Below are positions 1 through 15,179 of a stretch of 64,000 nucleotides of DNA, one piece after another. The notes beneath the pieces were generated by a model, which saw only the letters and a list, made by a program, of their open reading frames with translations, made no database searches and was not told where the DNA came from. Numbering within the stretch: the stretch's first letter is position 1; every line of letters starts with the position of its first letter. A program made the position numbers and the translations under genes. Origin of the DNA: Octopus vulgaris (Eukaryota); the NCBI GenBank assembly GCA_951406725.2, contig OX597826.1, positions 52,328,001-52,392,000 of the forward strand. Direction: 5' to 3'.

Positions 1-3000
1 TTAAAATTTTTTAGTTATCTAGAAATTATGTTAAAAACTGCCGTTCAAACCGAAAAGATCCACAATTTTTGACCTTATACTCATTAGATCAACGAATCTG
101 TTGTAATCAGTACATCCTATCTCAATATCATTATACTAATCTTTTGATAGTTATTTCTTTCCTTTTAGAGGTTATCATTATTTCATTATCTGTGTGTGTG
201 TGTGTGGGGGGGGTAATTGACATATGCAGTTAAATTATTTGTAATTAGTATCTATACTGCAGGGTTCATAGGGAACACTTTAAAATCATTTATCTGCAAT
301 AATTTGTAATCAACTCTTTATCGACGAATACAGTTGTATAGTATACTTTTCATATGCACAACGTGTGTGTGGTGCATGTGTGTGATCGCATGTATGTGTG
401 TATTAGTTAGAGAACGAAAGACTAATAATATTGTTAAATATTTAGTGTTAACATTTAGATAGACTTAGATATGTTGAAGATCACTGTTCGCTCCTATCAA
501 CAATGAAACATTTCACGTGGTCGCTTGACTTGTTAGAATTAGCAACGAAAAGGTTTCCCTCAGCTTGCACCATACCATCTAAAAAAAAAAAAATAGGAAG
601 GACCCGTTACCTAATCTAATCATAGGTATCCCCAAAAGAACGGCTTGATCACAATTGGAAAATATCCGACTTTAGGCTTGCTCGATCGTAGTTGACTGGG
701 GTGGATATAGGATATGGGACTAAACGTTTTCTTCCCCACTCTGAGATTAATGCAGTGGCCCCCAACATATAGTAACGCAGTGCCTCGTATCATCGAACGG
801 CATATGGCAGTTGACTTCATCTTCATTTCCGATCACTTGCAAATCACGAGTTTATCGTGAGTTTATGTGCACAGGCCCTAATATAAACTCAAAAAAGACA
901 CTTTGAGCGCGAAAAATCAGAGAGAATTGGGACCCGTTCGTTACAGACCTCGACGAATTCTTCTCTCATAGATATTTTCACAACTTCATACTCACACCAG
1001 CGCGATTTTCCTAATAACTGTTTCACAGATCTATACCAACTTGGAAATGGATGAAGCATCAATGGCATATGTTTTTGTAGCGATATGAAAAATCAGCTTA
1101 ATCACCAATTATCTGTTGAAGACCTTCAGCACCTGTAAAATTTGATGTTCATATAAGATTGACACAGTTTGTATTTTCATGAAGCCTTGTAAAAAATGTA
1201 GCAATAACTGTTGTATAAAAATTGACACCAAGTCTTTGTCATAACCAACGTTAAAAGCTTTTTACAATGTCCTGTTCCTTTCGGATGTTTTACTGAAATT
1301 AATTGGAATCAAATAGAAACTAATTTTGTGCCTATTATCCAAAATTTTCTTTATAACTCCTTTCTTGCGTGTGCCTCTGTTTTAGATATTTGTTTTAATC
1401 AGTGCTCTATATGTTAATTTTTATTGAAATTACTGAAGATAACGATGATTTCTATCGAAATTAATTGGGAAGTCATCAATTTTGCTTCTGCTCTCTAGTA
1501 AGCACAAATCCGGCTCATATTTTACAGGTACTTTCTTATAGTATCCAAAATGAGGAAATGAATAATCGACTTCAGCATGATTTAAACACATTAAAAAAAT
1601 ATCTTCATCGGGATTAGAATATAAGTATAGCACATTATATAAATATAATCTATTTCCAAGAAACACCCCAGAACTTCACCCATAGATTCTCCCGAACATT
1701 TACCCTCCTCTTGTGAGCTAACAACGTCTTCAAGTGAACGATACTGCCCGAGTTAAACATCACTGGTTTACTGTACAACAAAGCATCAAAATTATATTGC
1801 GTCGTGGACACTAATAACTGGTTTAGCAATAAGGAAATCGGTGTCTTTTTTTGTTTATTAAACAATAAAACATACAAATGAACATAATAATGTTCTTTTG
1901 TTTATTTAGACTTCAGCGTGTATTAAGCTATTTGCTTTTTCCATTTGGCGACATTGAAGAAGGCCTTGGTTGATAGAAATATAAAACACTAACAATAGAA
2001 AGGTTCTCATGAGAAAAACATATTTGAATGTTAATGACTTAAACGACTCTTTTATGACTTAATGTCTTAAACTATTCATTAGCGGCTGGAGGAACAGATA
2101 CTTTGAAATGTTTAGTGCAGAAATTGAAAATACAATGAGACAGGTTTTGAAAGTGCGAAAGCAGCGAATGAAAGCATGAAAGCAGAAAGAAATGTACCAA
2201 TTTGCAAAACAAACGTCTTCAGTGCATTTCAAAATAAGATCATTGTTTTGAAATAAAAATATTCACTTACAGCAAGATCTCAAAAGCTAAAACACTGAAT
2301 AATGTTTTAAACAGTGTCTTCACTAACCCTATGATTGTTGTAACTTCGATTTGAAAAACTGTTTGGATGATCAACGTCAGTCCATCCACAGGGCAGAACA
2401 TCATCGGTTGTTGTAGAGACTCCGGTTTCCTGCACATGACACAACATTGCGGTCAAGAAATCGACAGTTTTACTGTATAAAGAAGCGCTAAGTAAACTTT
2501 GTAAGAGGGATTTTTTAAAGCACATGCGACACATATAAGTCGAGCACTTTTTAAAAAACTTTCCAGTGCAATGTCAAACAAGAGTTAAACGGTCAATGTA
2601 TCCTATCGAGTTGTTTTGTGTGTGCCTGCTTCAGTTATAGTTTTCAAATGTTCGTTGTCAATTGCAGAAACGTCTGCAACAATTCTTATCTTATACATGT
2701 CTTTAGTCTCTACTAGGTAGTTTTTCGAACCTGTGTTAAACCATATTTGTTGACTGCCCTCTGGTCTGATCAAGTGTTTGGTCGACTCTGGTCGATACTG
2801 TGTTCAGTTTTCGCTATTTGCCTTCAATTTTGAACTCAGTATTCACACTGTAAAACTACTCGAGCTTTACTTTTGTTTCTTTTCATCCTTAACTTGCTTT
2901 CAGACTCAACTAAACAAGAATAAATATTCAGAGAAAAACCATTCGCAGCAATTGATCTGATTCATCGTTTCAAAATGAACATAATTAAATGAATGTTTGT

Positions 3001-3079
3001 TCAAACATTAGTACCAAACTTAAAGGTGACAAAAATTACAATTATGTTTGTACCAACCTTGTACCGAACAACTAATATC

Positions 3080-3215
3080 CTTTCTACTAAAGGCAAAAGG
3101 CCTGAAATTTTGAGGGAGGGGGTCTAGTCGATTCCATCAACTCAAGTGTTTCACTGGTACTTAACTTATCGATCTTGAGAAGATGAAAGCCAAAGTAAGG
3201 ATTTGAACTCAGAGC
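3080..3215 (-). mobile_element. Degenerate family A SINE
   Basis: ctggtacttaacttatcgatc...gatgaaagccaaagt...atttgaactcaga. Confidence 0.65.
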
Positions 3216-3284
3216 CTGTATTAAAGCAAAAAACTAGGGCCTTCCATAAAGAAGATTTCTAATAATTAAAAACAGGAGAGAGCG

Positions 3285-3519
3285 TACAGACATACAAACA
3301 TACATACATACATGCATACATACACACATACATACATTCATACATACATAATACATATATACATACATACATACATACATACATACATACACACACATAT
3401 ACATACATACATACATACATACATGCATACATACATACATACATACAAACAAACATACATACATGCATACATGCATACATACATACATACATACATACAT
3501 ACATACATACATACATACA

Positions 3520-3549
<30 letters not shown>
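3285..3549. repeat. (CATA)n microsatellite
   Basis: Direct reading; similar tracts at 10855-11165, 12725-12790, 21190-21278. Confidence 0.97.
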
Positions 3550-3550
<1 letters not shown>

Positions 3551-4094
3551 TAGCAGCATATCGGCAGTGTTGTTAGAGTGTTACGTAGAATACGTTTTGG
3601 TCTTTTTCAACTCTGAGTTCTGAGTTTAAATCATATAAAAGTCGATTTTTCATTTCCTCATTTTGGGTGCTATAATAAAGTGCCTGTAAAATGCAATAGG
3701 AGACTGACTCTTAGCTAGGAATCATTGCTTTAATTAAACAAGAACAAATTGTTAACATTTTGTGGATAGCGAAACAGACACCTGCCAGGTAGAGTAACGA
3801 TATCAATCACGTCACAGATTTCAATTATGTATTCGGCCTACCGGTATTTAATCGGTCCTTTAATGTTTTAGGATAAAAGTTAATTAATTTGCTGCGTCAA
3901 ATTTTCTATTTTGATATTAATTACGAATGGCTGTTCAAAAGTTTCTTTGACTGTGGTTGTCAGCAAGGAAAATTATGAGATGTTTTAATCTTTTGGGCAT
4001 GTATTACGCATGCGTGAGCATCTTTCTAAACACACGCGTGTGTGTATGTAATATGTGTGTATATGTGTATGTGTGCGTGTGTGCGTACACATGT

Positions 4095-4281
<187 letters not shown>

Positions 4282-4811
4282 GTATGTGTCTAAATTACTT
4301 CAAAGGCTTACTATACCGAAGAAGATAACTCTAATTATTTACCAAGTTTCTTATAAATAGATGAATTAAGTTCGCAGTTATACTTACTCATTAACTAACT
4401 CTCATTAAACTCAAGTAATTAAAACTTTCGGCCCTATGTTTTGAGAAGGAAGATCTTAGTATGACACTATTTGAAAGCACCTAACATTTTTATATGGAGC
4501 TGCGCAATTTCAACCAGAGTGTGTTTTAATAAGTTTTTTGAATTTGCTCTCGTAAATGTTTCAATATTTGCTACGATATCTATTCCGCATGTGAATGTAT
4601 TGGTTTTCCCAGCTAACGGGAACAGTACTCGCATAATTTAAATATTGAAATGTATAAACAGTGAAACAAATATGTAAATTAATATGTAAATTAGACAGCC
4701 TTCTTGAAAAGTTTCATTGTTTTCTTGAAGCTTATCTTAAGCATTTAATGAATCAATATTTATGGAAGCATATTATCTATCTGAAAGTATGAATGTGTGA
4801 GTGTGTGTGTC

Positions 4812-4863
<52 letters not shown>

Positions 4864-6901
4864 GGAAGGAGTGTGTGTCAGCATGTCATATTTGTGCCAT
4901 GTGGAGGGGTTTAGATAACTGACTGGCCCCTGGATTGCTAATTTACAATGTATGTGAAAATATTGTAGCATCATTAAATGAAAACATTAAAAAGTAACTT
5001 CATTTTAGCAAGTTAAATATACAATTATAATATTGATTGAAAGAGAATGTTCCTGGCCTAATGACTAGTAAAGACATTAATTATAGATCCTTAATGAAGT
5101 TCGCGTGCAAGAGATGATTCAATCATCAAAGTCCGTTATTAGATGACTTGCTCTTGTTCACCGACAATCTCAAAGTTCTTAATAACGAGCTAAAAGTCTG
5201 AAAAATCTTTTAGCCTCAGCAACTGTCATGTTAGGGAATAAAAAGTATTTCAAAGCGATGCACCAGCATGGCCGCAGTCGAAAGACTGAAACAAATAAAA
5301 GAAGAAATGTGTCTAAATGTTTATAATAGCTAAATTGACAGAAATATTTGATTCATAAATTGATTTTGAAATGGAATATTTCTTGTTTCCTATTGAAATA
5401 AAGACCAATTTGATAATTTTCTATTTATAGTTACTTCTAAACATATCTAAATAAATTATAGGCTTGTGCTGTCTTCTAATATTTGAAACGAACAACTAAA
5501 TTATGTTGTAAAAACTCTTCTACCATATTCCTATCTTCGGGGATAGTAAAAGTATTTGTATCTTTTATTCTTTGTTGGTGTACATTCAGTTAGATTTTCC
5601 ATATTTTCAGCGATAACTTTATCTTCATTAAGAACACTGAAAACCGTCCCATTTTCGGTATAAAGAATTTATTTTATCTAATAAAGCTGTAACATTATTT
5701 ACTTAACATCATTGGTAACAGACATTTCTGAACTGAAAAAGAATATTATCAAAGTGATAATATCGTTTAGTCATTTAATCCAAAATGTGACCACAATGCA
5801 ACCAAAGGAATTTAAACAAGTTTGGCTGCCTCTTACATTTGTACTCCCTCCCCAAACTCCCGGTGTTAAATTCAGAATAATTGCATTTTGTAGACCAGAA
5901 AACTGAGTGCAATGGGCTTAACACTTCCAACGCTTACTAACCCTCAAATATCCGAGGTAATATGCAGTGATCCTTTAAAAAATCCTCAACATTTTGTTTT
6001 ACAATTTACTATCGTTTAAGAATGAACTCCCACGAAATATATGGTAGAAATTCTGAATATAACCCAAGAAAGTTGTGACTTATTGCAACATTCAGCTGCA
6101 TTAATTATCTCTCTAATACGTGTTGATGTGGATACTTGCAGATAATGCAATGTAATCTTTTCTTATTTTTATTTTATGAAGCTTTAAAATGTCAACACCA
6201 TAATTTTTCTTCTTGTTGCTGTCAACAAAATCTGGGAGTCTTTCTTTTATTCCCTTATAGTTACTAACTAGTAGCTATGCTAAAATAAACCTAGTTGTAG
6301 TAATGTAATTTGTTCTAGATGTGGCGAATGAGATACATCCACAAATATACTGTAAAGCTTTGCATACTCTTGTTAAGTTAAAATAGCTTTTTAAACATAT
6401 TCGCAAAAATTATAAGCATACATTGATTATCAGAAATGAAATTTGGAAATTTGCGTTCATTTATGTTTTGTTTTGTTTTTTTATTTAGGAAGCTCTAATG
6501 TTGTTCATCGATCATATATATTGCCTTTGAAATCACCTATCTGATTCAAAATTCTCAAAAGACTGTTATCGTTTCTGTCACCAGCTTGGTAGCTTTTATC
6601 CATAAAAGCTAATTTCCTCTCTCTGCGAAAGCGTCTAGTATCAAGTATACGCTGTATACTTTTTCTTCAAAGATTTGCTTGGTCTTGAATATTTTTAACT
6701 AAAGACCACCAACAGAAGATTTATGCGAGAATCATCACTTAAAGTTTCACTTGTTGATATAACAAAATTTGTGATAAACATTACAGTGAGCTCTGATAAT
6801 TTTTCAGTTAAGTCCCCTCCTCTTGCTTTATTTTTACACCTGAAAGAGAAGAATATCGTTGATTATTTCAACGATATTCTTCGGTACTCATTACATGATA
6901 T

Positions 6902-7215
6902 AGTGGAGGCACATGGCCTAGTAGTTAGAGTAGTGGACTCACGGTCGAGGGATCGCGGGTTCGAATCTCAGACCGGGCGATGTGTGTGTTTATGAGCGAA
7001 ACACCTAAGCTCCACGGTGGCTCCGGCAGAAGGTAATGGCGAAACTTCTGCTGACTCTTTCGCCACAAATTTCTCTCACTCTTTCCTCCTGCATCTTGCA
7101 GCTCACCTGCGATGGATCGGCGTCCCGTCCAGGTGGGGAACCTATACGCCAAGAAACCGGGAAACCGGCCCTTATGAGCCAGGCATGGCTCGAGAAGGAA
7201 CAAACAAAACAAGAA
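6902..7215 (+). mobile_element. tRNA-derived SINE (family C), full length
   Basis: A box tggcctagtagtt, B box ggttcgaatc, CAA-rich tail, 13-bp TSD cattacatgatat (6889-6901, 7216-7228). Confidence 0.9.
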
Positions 7216-7905
7216 CATTACATGATATGAAGAACAGAAGAACGATGCTTTGCATCCACTCCAAACTAGACAGCAATGCAAGTATTGTTCACCATTTAAA
7301 AGCTATTATAGTTTCATTAACGATATAGAAATATGGGTTACAATCATTCTTTAAAAATTCCTCTTAATTATTTGTGTGTATTTCTCATTTTAAAGAGCTT
7401 CATTAACTTTCGTGATGGTCGGTACCTACCTTTCTAATATTCCGATGTCGTTATCAACTAATGTTTTATCATCTGATGTAATAGAACCACGTTGGTTACT
7501 TGACATCTGAGCTGTCTCGTCATTCACTTACAGTTAATGACGGCACCAGAATTTGCAGATGCCTGTGTTATAATTTCATCAACACTTGCAATCTTGTTTA
7601 GCTTGAAAGCGCAAGACTTCTTCCAATTAATTGTCCTTCAGATGGATTTTGATACCGTTGTAACTTTTCTTTTCTTCTTTTTTCAAATCCTAATTTATGG
7701 TCGTAAATTTTCTAAATGAATTAACCAAATGACAAACAGCTATTTCTTTTTGATACAAAGCTATTTGCTGAGTCGTCTGTTGAGGTAGGGCTGCTCTCAT
7801 TTACTAACCGATTAATCGTTTCTCTCCGATCTTTCCTTCCCCGTGCTGCAAAGCCTATTATTTTTCAATTGCGTCCAAATTCTCAGAAATTAAATAGGAA
7901 GGAAA

Positions 7906-7975
<70 letters not shown>

Positions 7976-10063
7976 TAGAGCTTCCCAAATAAAAAAACAT
8001 ACACGAACGCAAATTTCCAAATTTCATATCTGATAATCAATGTATGCTTATAATTGTTGCGAATATGTTTAAAAAGCTATTTTAACTGAACAAGAGTAAG
8101 CAAAGCTTTACAGTATATTTGTGGATGTATCTCCTTAAATGTGACTTTTTCAGTCGTTCCATTAACAAATCATCACGTTCCTTAAATTAGGACATAAGTG
8201 GCTGAGTATTCCGCAGACACGTATTCCCTTAACGTATTTCACAAGCAAAAATCAACATAACTCAGTGTATAAACAAGACACGTTCTTTTATTTGAGCACA
8301 ATACATCCGTCAACCCATTTTCATCCATAAGGTATGGGTCGATCTGCGGCTACAGAAATGCACACACGCACGCACGTGCGCGTACACAGACACACGCACA
8401 CATGCATTACAGTCAAAAGCACATGGAAAATAAATGAGGTTATTTTTAAAATCTCAAGGCAAAATCGCGCTCCCACTTCTTTCCGAAACAAATCAAAGTT
8501 GTTTGCCTAATTAACTTAAGACCTATTTCTCATTCATCCCGTATAATTAAACTCTCTGTCTACGTGCTTGAGAAAAGAAAATGCAATTTAGATTAATATT
8601 AAATGGCAGCAGCTAACATTTACCTTGGACCTTTACAATATATTTTATTGTTTTTAAATGGATCCTACAGGTTTAATACTTTTGTGAATGTTTATAAAGT
8701 TGTTACCCTATCACATTGACATGTTTATGATTAATGGACGTATTTTCTTCTTGCATGAACAATCTTGTTTAAATAATTGAAAATGTTATAGAAAATGTGT
8801 AGATATGAAAGCTTAGCTGGTCCTCCTACTCTGCTTAGGTCACTATCCCTCTTTTTGTTTTCGCATAGTTGGGTGGCATTGGTAGGCCTAACATACACCA
8901 GTTTTAACGCACCATCTCATCATTGGCTGGATCAGTAGAGCTCACTTTCTTTGCATTGCTCGGAGTTCTCCACTCACAAACGTTTTCTTAAAATACATTT
9001 TGAAGCTAGGTGAGAGCCGTATCAATGCTATCTGTATGTAACAGCTTGTATAGATGGTGGATAATACACCGTCAACACTAACATTTGAAATAAAGAAAAA
9101 TGTATCGTTGCGTTGAACCCAACGACGATGATTTAGCATCAAACAAAGCTACTCAGAATTAAGAACAGGTAGAAATCCCGACTTCTCTCACCCTGTCTGC
9201 CTGTCTCCTCTTCTCTCTCCCTCTGCCTCTCTATCTCTCCAATGACCCCTCTTTCACCCGCTCTCTTTCACCTAAAAGCCCAAACCGAACACTTGGTATC
9301 CACTTAGTTTCGGCAGATGAACACACTTCTCTTTGAGTTTTATTTCGTGTCTGATTCACTAGCCTCCCGATTCCTTATGAAACTTTACCATACAACATCA
9401 ATCTATGTAAAAACAGAACCCCCCCCCCCCCTTCTAGAGTGAGACAAACAATACTATCATCATTCATATGTACAATTTATATGTTCTACAGCATATATAG
9501 ACCTGCAACAGAGTTACATGTTAAACAGTAGCTTTCTGAATTTTTACTTAAAATAATAGCGAGCTAAAACACAATAAACGGCATTTGACCTGGATATCTC
9601 CTGACGGAATGAACTGAATACCATAAGAGTCTTGGGAGCAATAAAAATTTTGCTCAGATTTATAGAAACTTAAGACGTTGAACCAAGTCAGTTCTCTTTT
9701 AGTTCAGCGAGTTAAGAATTTTAAGAAACAATATTTCTTATTCTTCATATTTTTTTCCATTTGTCAGTGTGTGATGACGTATACAGTTTCTGTGTTAGCA
9801 TAATCTTGTCTCAGAAGCCTTAAATTTTTCTTTTTGATTATGCAAAATTCTTGACTCTTAGTTTTACTCATTGTCTTTTGTTTAACAGCAACTTGACACT
9901 TTTGCTTTTTTTTTTTTTTAAGAATATTTTTACGGTCAGAAAAGGGGAAAGATATCGACGCAAGTGATTTGTATTCAGTTCTATATTTAAGAGATGAGGA
10001 ATTATGTACATTATTTACATTATTTACATTTGACGGATATTTGTCCTCATCTTGTTTGTTGTT

Positions 10064-10109
10064 AACACAACGTTTCGGCTGATATACCCTCCAGCGTTCA
10101 TCAGGTGTC
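10064..10109 (-). ncRNA. Minimal type I hammerhead ribozyme motif (inverted arm)
   Basis: Reverse complement gacacCTGATGAacgctggagggtatatcagccGAAACGTTgtgtt. Confidence 0.8.
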
Positions 10110-10183
10110 ATGAGGAAATTTCGAATCTGGGTTCTCATTCCTAAGGTATTTTTCGATGATGTTGTTGTTGTTGTTGTTGTTGC

Positions 10184-10278
<95 letters not shown>

Positions 10279-10395
10279 TCACTGCCTGGAATCTTGGGGT
10301 TAGTAGCCCGCGCTCTTAACCCCAAGATTCCGAGTTCGATTCCAGGCAGTGACCTGAATATTATTATTAATAACAACAACAACAACAACAACAAC

Positions 10396-10493
<98 letters not shown>

Positions 10494-10548
10494 TAATAAC
10501 ATCGAAAAATACCTTAGGAATGAGAACTCAGGTTTGAAATTTCCCCAA

Positions 10549-10594
10549 GACACCTGATGAACGCTGGAGGGTATATCAGTCGAAACGTTGTGTT
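10549..10594 (+). ncRNA. Minimal type I hammerhead ribozyme motif
   Basis: gacac-CTGATGA-a-cgctg(gagggtatat)cagtc-GAAAC-GTT-gtgtt: stem I gacac/gtgtt, canonical core, palindromic ACGT stem III. Confidence 0.8.
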
Positions 10595-11404
10595 AACAAC
10601 AAACAAGATCACGACAGATATCTGTCAAATGTAAATAATGATTTGTATTCTGCTTAGTACCAGAATTTTTGGCACGATAAACTACTTGCTAGAGTATCCA
10701 GAAAAGTATTTTGAAATATATTAACTGAAGAAGGTTTGCGTAAGGGGGATGCATTTCCAGTTATATTTTAGGTAGATCTGAAACGTACATAATAAATGCT
10801 TTCAAGATATCAAAATACCATGACTTCATTATCATAAATTATATAGATATATAGACATACATACATACATACATACATACATACATACATACATACATAA
10901 TACATACATACATACAGTCATTCATTCATTCATACATACATACATACATACATACATTCATTCATTCATTCATACATACATACATACATACATTAATTCA
11001 TACATACATACATACATACATACATACATACATACATACATACATACATACATACATACATACATACATACATACATGCATACATACATACATACATACA
11101 TACATACATACATACATACATACATGATACATACATGCATACATATATACATACATGCATGAATGTATGTACTTGTGGGTGTTTGTGTTTGTCTACTACC
11201 ACCACTTGACAACCGGCTTTGGTTTGTTTACGTCTCCGTAACTAAGCGGTTCGTCAAATAAAAGAGACCTATAGAATAAGCACTAGGTTAGGAAAAAAGG
11301 AGTAGTGGGGTCGATTTGCTCGACTAAACACCCCACGGGCGGTGCCCCGGCATGGACATTGTCTAATGACAAAAACGCACAACTTTTAAAGCATGTTTTT
11401 CATA

Positions 11405-11790
11405 GAGGAAGCACTCCGTCGGTTACGACGACGAGGGTTCCAGTTGATCCGATCAACGGAACAGCCTGCTCGTGAAATTAACGTGTAAGTGGCTGAGCAC
11501 TCCACAGACACGTGTACCCTTAACATAGTTCTCGGGGATATTCAGCGTGACACAGAGAGTGACAAGGCCGGCCCTTTGAAATACAGGTACAACAGAAACA
11601 GGAAGTAAGAGTGAGAGAAAGTTGCGGTGAAGGAGTACAGCAGGGATCACCACCATCCCTGCCGGAGCCTCGTGGAGCTTTTAGGTGTTTTCGCTCAATA
11701 AACACTCACAACGCCCGGTCTGGGAATCGAAACCGCGATCCTACGACCGCGAGTCCGCTGCCCTAACCACTGGGCCATTGCGCCTTCTCG
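11405..11790 (-). mobile_element. tRNA-derived SINE (family D: C-like head and body, different tail)
   Basis: A/B boxes on minus strand; TSD tgtttttcata (11394-11404, 11791-11801). Confidence 0.9.
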
Positions 11791-12106
11791 TGTTTTTCAT
11801 AACCTACGTTGCCAACACAGAATGGTTAATTTACCTTATGATTTCCAAGACGCAAAAATAACGTTGTCTGTTGTTGATGTTACATTTGGCGAACGAAAAG
11901 TAAATATACTCCCAGATATAACATCACTCTTCGGCACTAATGTGCTCAGATGATTTGTTGTTGCTTTCGTTTTATAGCATAGCCAGAGAAAGGAAGAAGC
12001 GCCCATGAATTTTTACACAGCTTCCGAAAATGTCAAAAAAAAAAAAAGGAGATGGAGTCATTATGACTCTCGGGCCATAGCAGTAGGAAGCACTATATTA
12101 AGATAT

Positions 12107-12332
12107 CGAGCTGGCAGAACCGTTAGCACGACGGGCAAAATGCGTAGCTGTATTTCGACTGCCGTAACGTTCTGAGTTCAAATTCCGCCGAGGTCGACTT
12201 TGCCTTTCATCCTTTCGGGGTCGATAAATTAAGTACCAGTTACGCACTGGGGTCGATGTAATCGACTTAATTCGTTTGTCTGTCCTTGTTTGTCCCCTCT
12301 ATGTTTAGCCCCTTGTGGGTAGTAAAGAAATA
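12107..12332 (+). mobile_element. tRNA-derived SINE (family A)
   Basis: B box gagttcaaattcc; core gactttgcctttcatcctttcggggtcgataaa; TSD tatattaaga(t/a)atcgag. Confidence 0.9.
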
Positions 12333-12722
12333 TATATTAAGAAATCGAGTTGTATTGAAACTGGAAACAGAGTGCCGATTATTGCAACAAGATTGATCAG
12401 AACGAGGTGGCAGGCGAAATATTGGGTCTACAACACCAAGAAACAGATACAGCTGTACGAGGGATTTTGCACAGTTCCCATCTGTTTAATTTCAATCAGA
12501 AGGCTTTAGTAAACAACAAACAAAAGATATTTCACAAACTTGGTACTATGTTAGCGGGAAGCGAGTTTCTTTAACTATGCAGCAATGACCGCGAAAAAAA
12601 ATTGAAGGAAACGGAAACAGTAGATTGAGACAGTGACTGCTATAGGATTAAGGAAAGTAATGCGAAGAAACTTTAGTTTATCATTTCTTCATATTATCAA
12701 ATGTTGGTCAGGACACAGTGGG

Positions 12723-12754
<32 letters not shown>

Positions 12755-12902
12755 TGTATGTATGTATGTATGTATGTATGTATGTATGTATGTTATTATT
12801 CAGCTTATTTCAAGACTTCTTGCCAGTAGAGAAAGAAATGGTTTCTAACCTACTTTCAAAATTCCTCCATTGGAATTTCAACATCAAAAACAGGATATTT
12901 TT

Positions 12903-13656
<754 letters not shown>

Positions 13657-14209
13657 TGATATACATGCACACACACAGCCACAGACTCACACACACGTAT
13701 AGTCTGTGGTGTATATCATATGATATAGTCTTATCTAAAACGTCCGCAGTCATCATGATACCATTGAAAATAATGCCGGAATTGAAGCAACATTAGGTTA
13801 TTTCCCTGTTGCAGTTTAGTTAAAATTGATGCAAAACTTAATCACTTTTGACAGACATTTTGTGGGGGTTTTTTTATCCGTGCTTATCTATATTTTCATG
13901 TTATTTATTTATTTATTTTTATCTATCATCACATTTGATAGTAACTAAATAACTAAAGGTTTCCCCGTTTATCGTAATTGTCAAAAATCTTTTTTTCCTA
14001 TTTAAACAAGCCCAGAGTGAAAAATTACTTTCTTTTGCACTGTCGTTAATTTTATATGTAATCTTGCCGTTTGAAAGAAATCTATCTTGATACCTAGAAT
14101 ATTCAAAGTGTTATTTCAGAAATGGATATGTATGCATCGTGATGTAGACTCATATACAGGGTGGCCCCAAAAGGAGTGAACCGAAAGGAAGTTCTTTTTG
14201 CTTGTGGAA

Positions 14210-14240
<31 letters not shown>

Positions 14241-14244
<4 letters not shown>

Positions 14245-14490
14245 ATGAAATTCCAACTTTGATTTTCACGTTTTATCATTTGCAGTTGTTACGATTTTAC
14301 TCAATCATTTGATTTATGTAGTGACAGTTGTGGTGGAGCTACATAAACCTGGTGATTGCGTCACTACATAAACGTAATGGGTGCGTAACGCATTAATGTA
14401 CAAGTCCATTTCAATATTGTAAATCTGTAAAATTTTAAGTATTGCAAATAATAAAACGTGAAAATCAGACTAAGCTGGAATTTCATTGGT
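14241..14490. mobile_element. MITE-like element with ~45-bp imperfect TIRs
   Basis: atcaatgaaattccaac..gattttcacgttttat / ataaaacgtgaaaatc..gctggaatttcattggt; inner inverted pair tttatgtagtgac/gtcactacataaa. Confidence 0.65.
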
Positions 14491-14573
14491 TAATATATTC
14501 TTCTATATACAATCATACAAACTAGGAGATATACGTACATACATACATACATATATACACGTGTATATTATGG

Positions 14574-14614
<41 letters not shown>

Positions 14615-14618
<4 letters not shown>

Positions 14619-14805
14619 ATAATAAATATTAGGGAATAAATCCAAAATTACAGGGAAAAAATCAGATTTAGGATTAAATCCAGTTTTATAGTAAAATATT
14701 ATATAATATTAATTCGAGACAAAACCACTATTTTTTATGTATTGATTAAGTCTTTCCTTGTTTGATTTGCAAAATAGTGGTTTTGTCTCGAATTAATATT
14801 ATATA
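14615..14805. repeat. Fold-back element between TA repeats (35-bp arms plus one-sided extension)
   Basis: 14700-14734 inverted at 14771-14805. Confidence 0.7.
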
Positions 14806-15179
14806 TATGTATATATATATAGTATATATATGTAAAGGGTGTTTATTATGATGTTTGTATGTAAATACACACGCATGATATAAATAATACACACCTCGTA
14901 AAGAAAGATGTATAATAAAGCAAAGCATAAAGGATATGGTCCCCGGCATATCTCAAGTGAATTGTGCTTTTAAAGTTAGTCATTGACAAAACAAATTTGT
15001 TATGTTACCGTTATACTGGAATGAAATATAGTTGCATTTAACTGGAGGATGTGGGAGATTTCAGATTAAATTAGGAAATTGTTGTATAAGATGAAGTATG
15101 GTCTTGTATAAATTAATTATGGTATTTACGTAGTTGTGATAATGTTTGTTTTATAGACTGTTGTCCATTAAACCGCAAC

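Larger units (their letters stand above)
9977..10638. mobile_element. Head-to-head (palindromic) non-autonomous retroelement: tRNA-like head + (AAT/AAC)n + hammerhead tail
   Basis: Two inverted ~320-bp arms; 12-bp TSD tgatttgtattc at 9965-9976 and 10639-10650; B-box gagttcgattcc near the apex; hammerhead fold in each arm. Confidence 0.85.

Noticed and set aside
620-2960. Several 60-78 aa ORFs in unique sequence
   Set aside because: No recognisable domain or consistent exon chain; may be UTR or regulatory DNA but cannot be supported.
6902-6980. tRNA gene
   Set aside because: tRNA-like head continues into a SINE body with tail and TSD; no acceptor stem closure. The same applies to the other SINE heads.
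7500-7860. Possible minus-strand first exon ending at a GTAAGT donor near 7531
   Set aside because: Only a donor-like hexamer; no ORF or other support.
14155-14215. tacagggtggcccc Tc1/mariner-like terminus
   Set aside because: No matching second TIR or coding remnant nearby.
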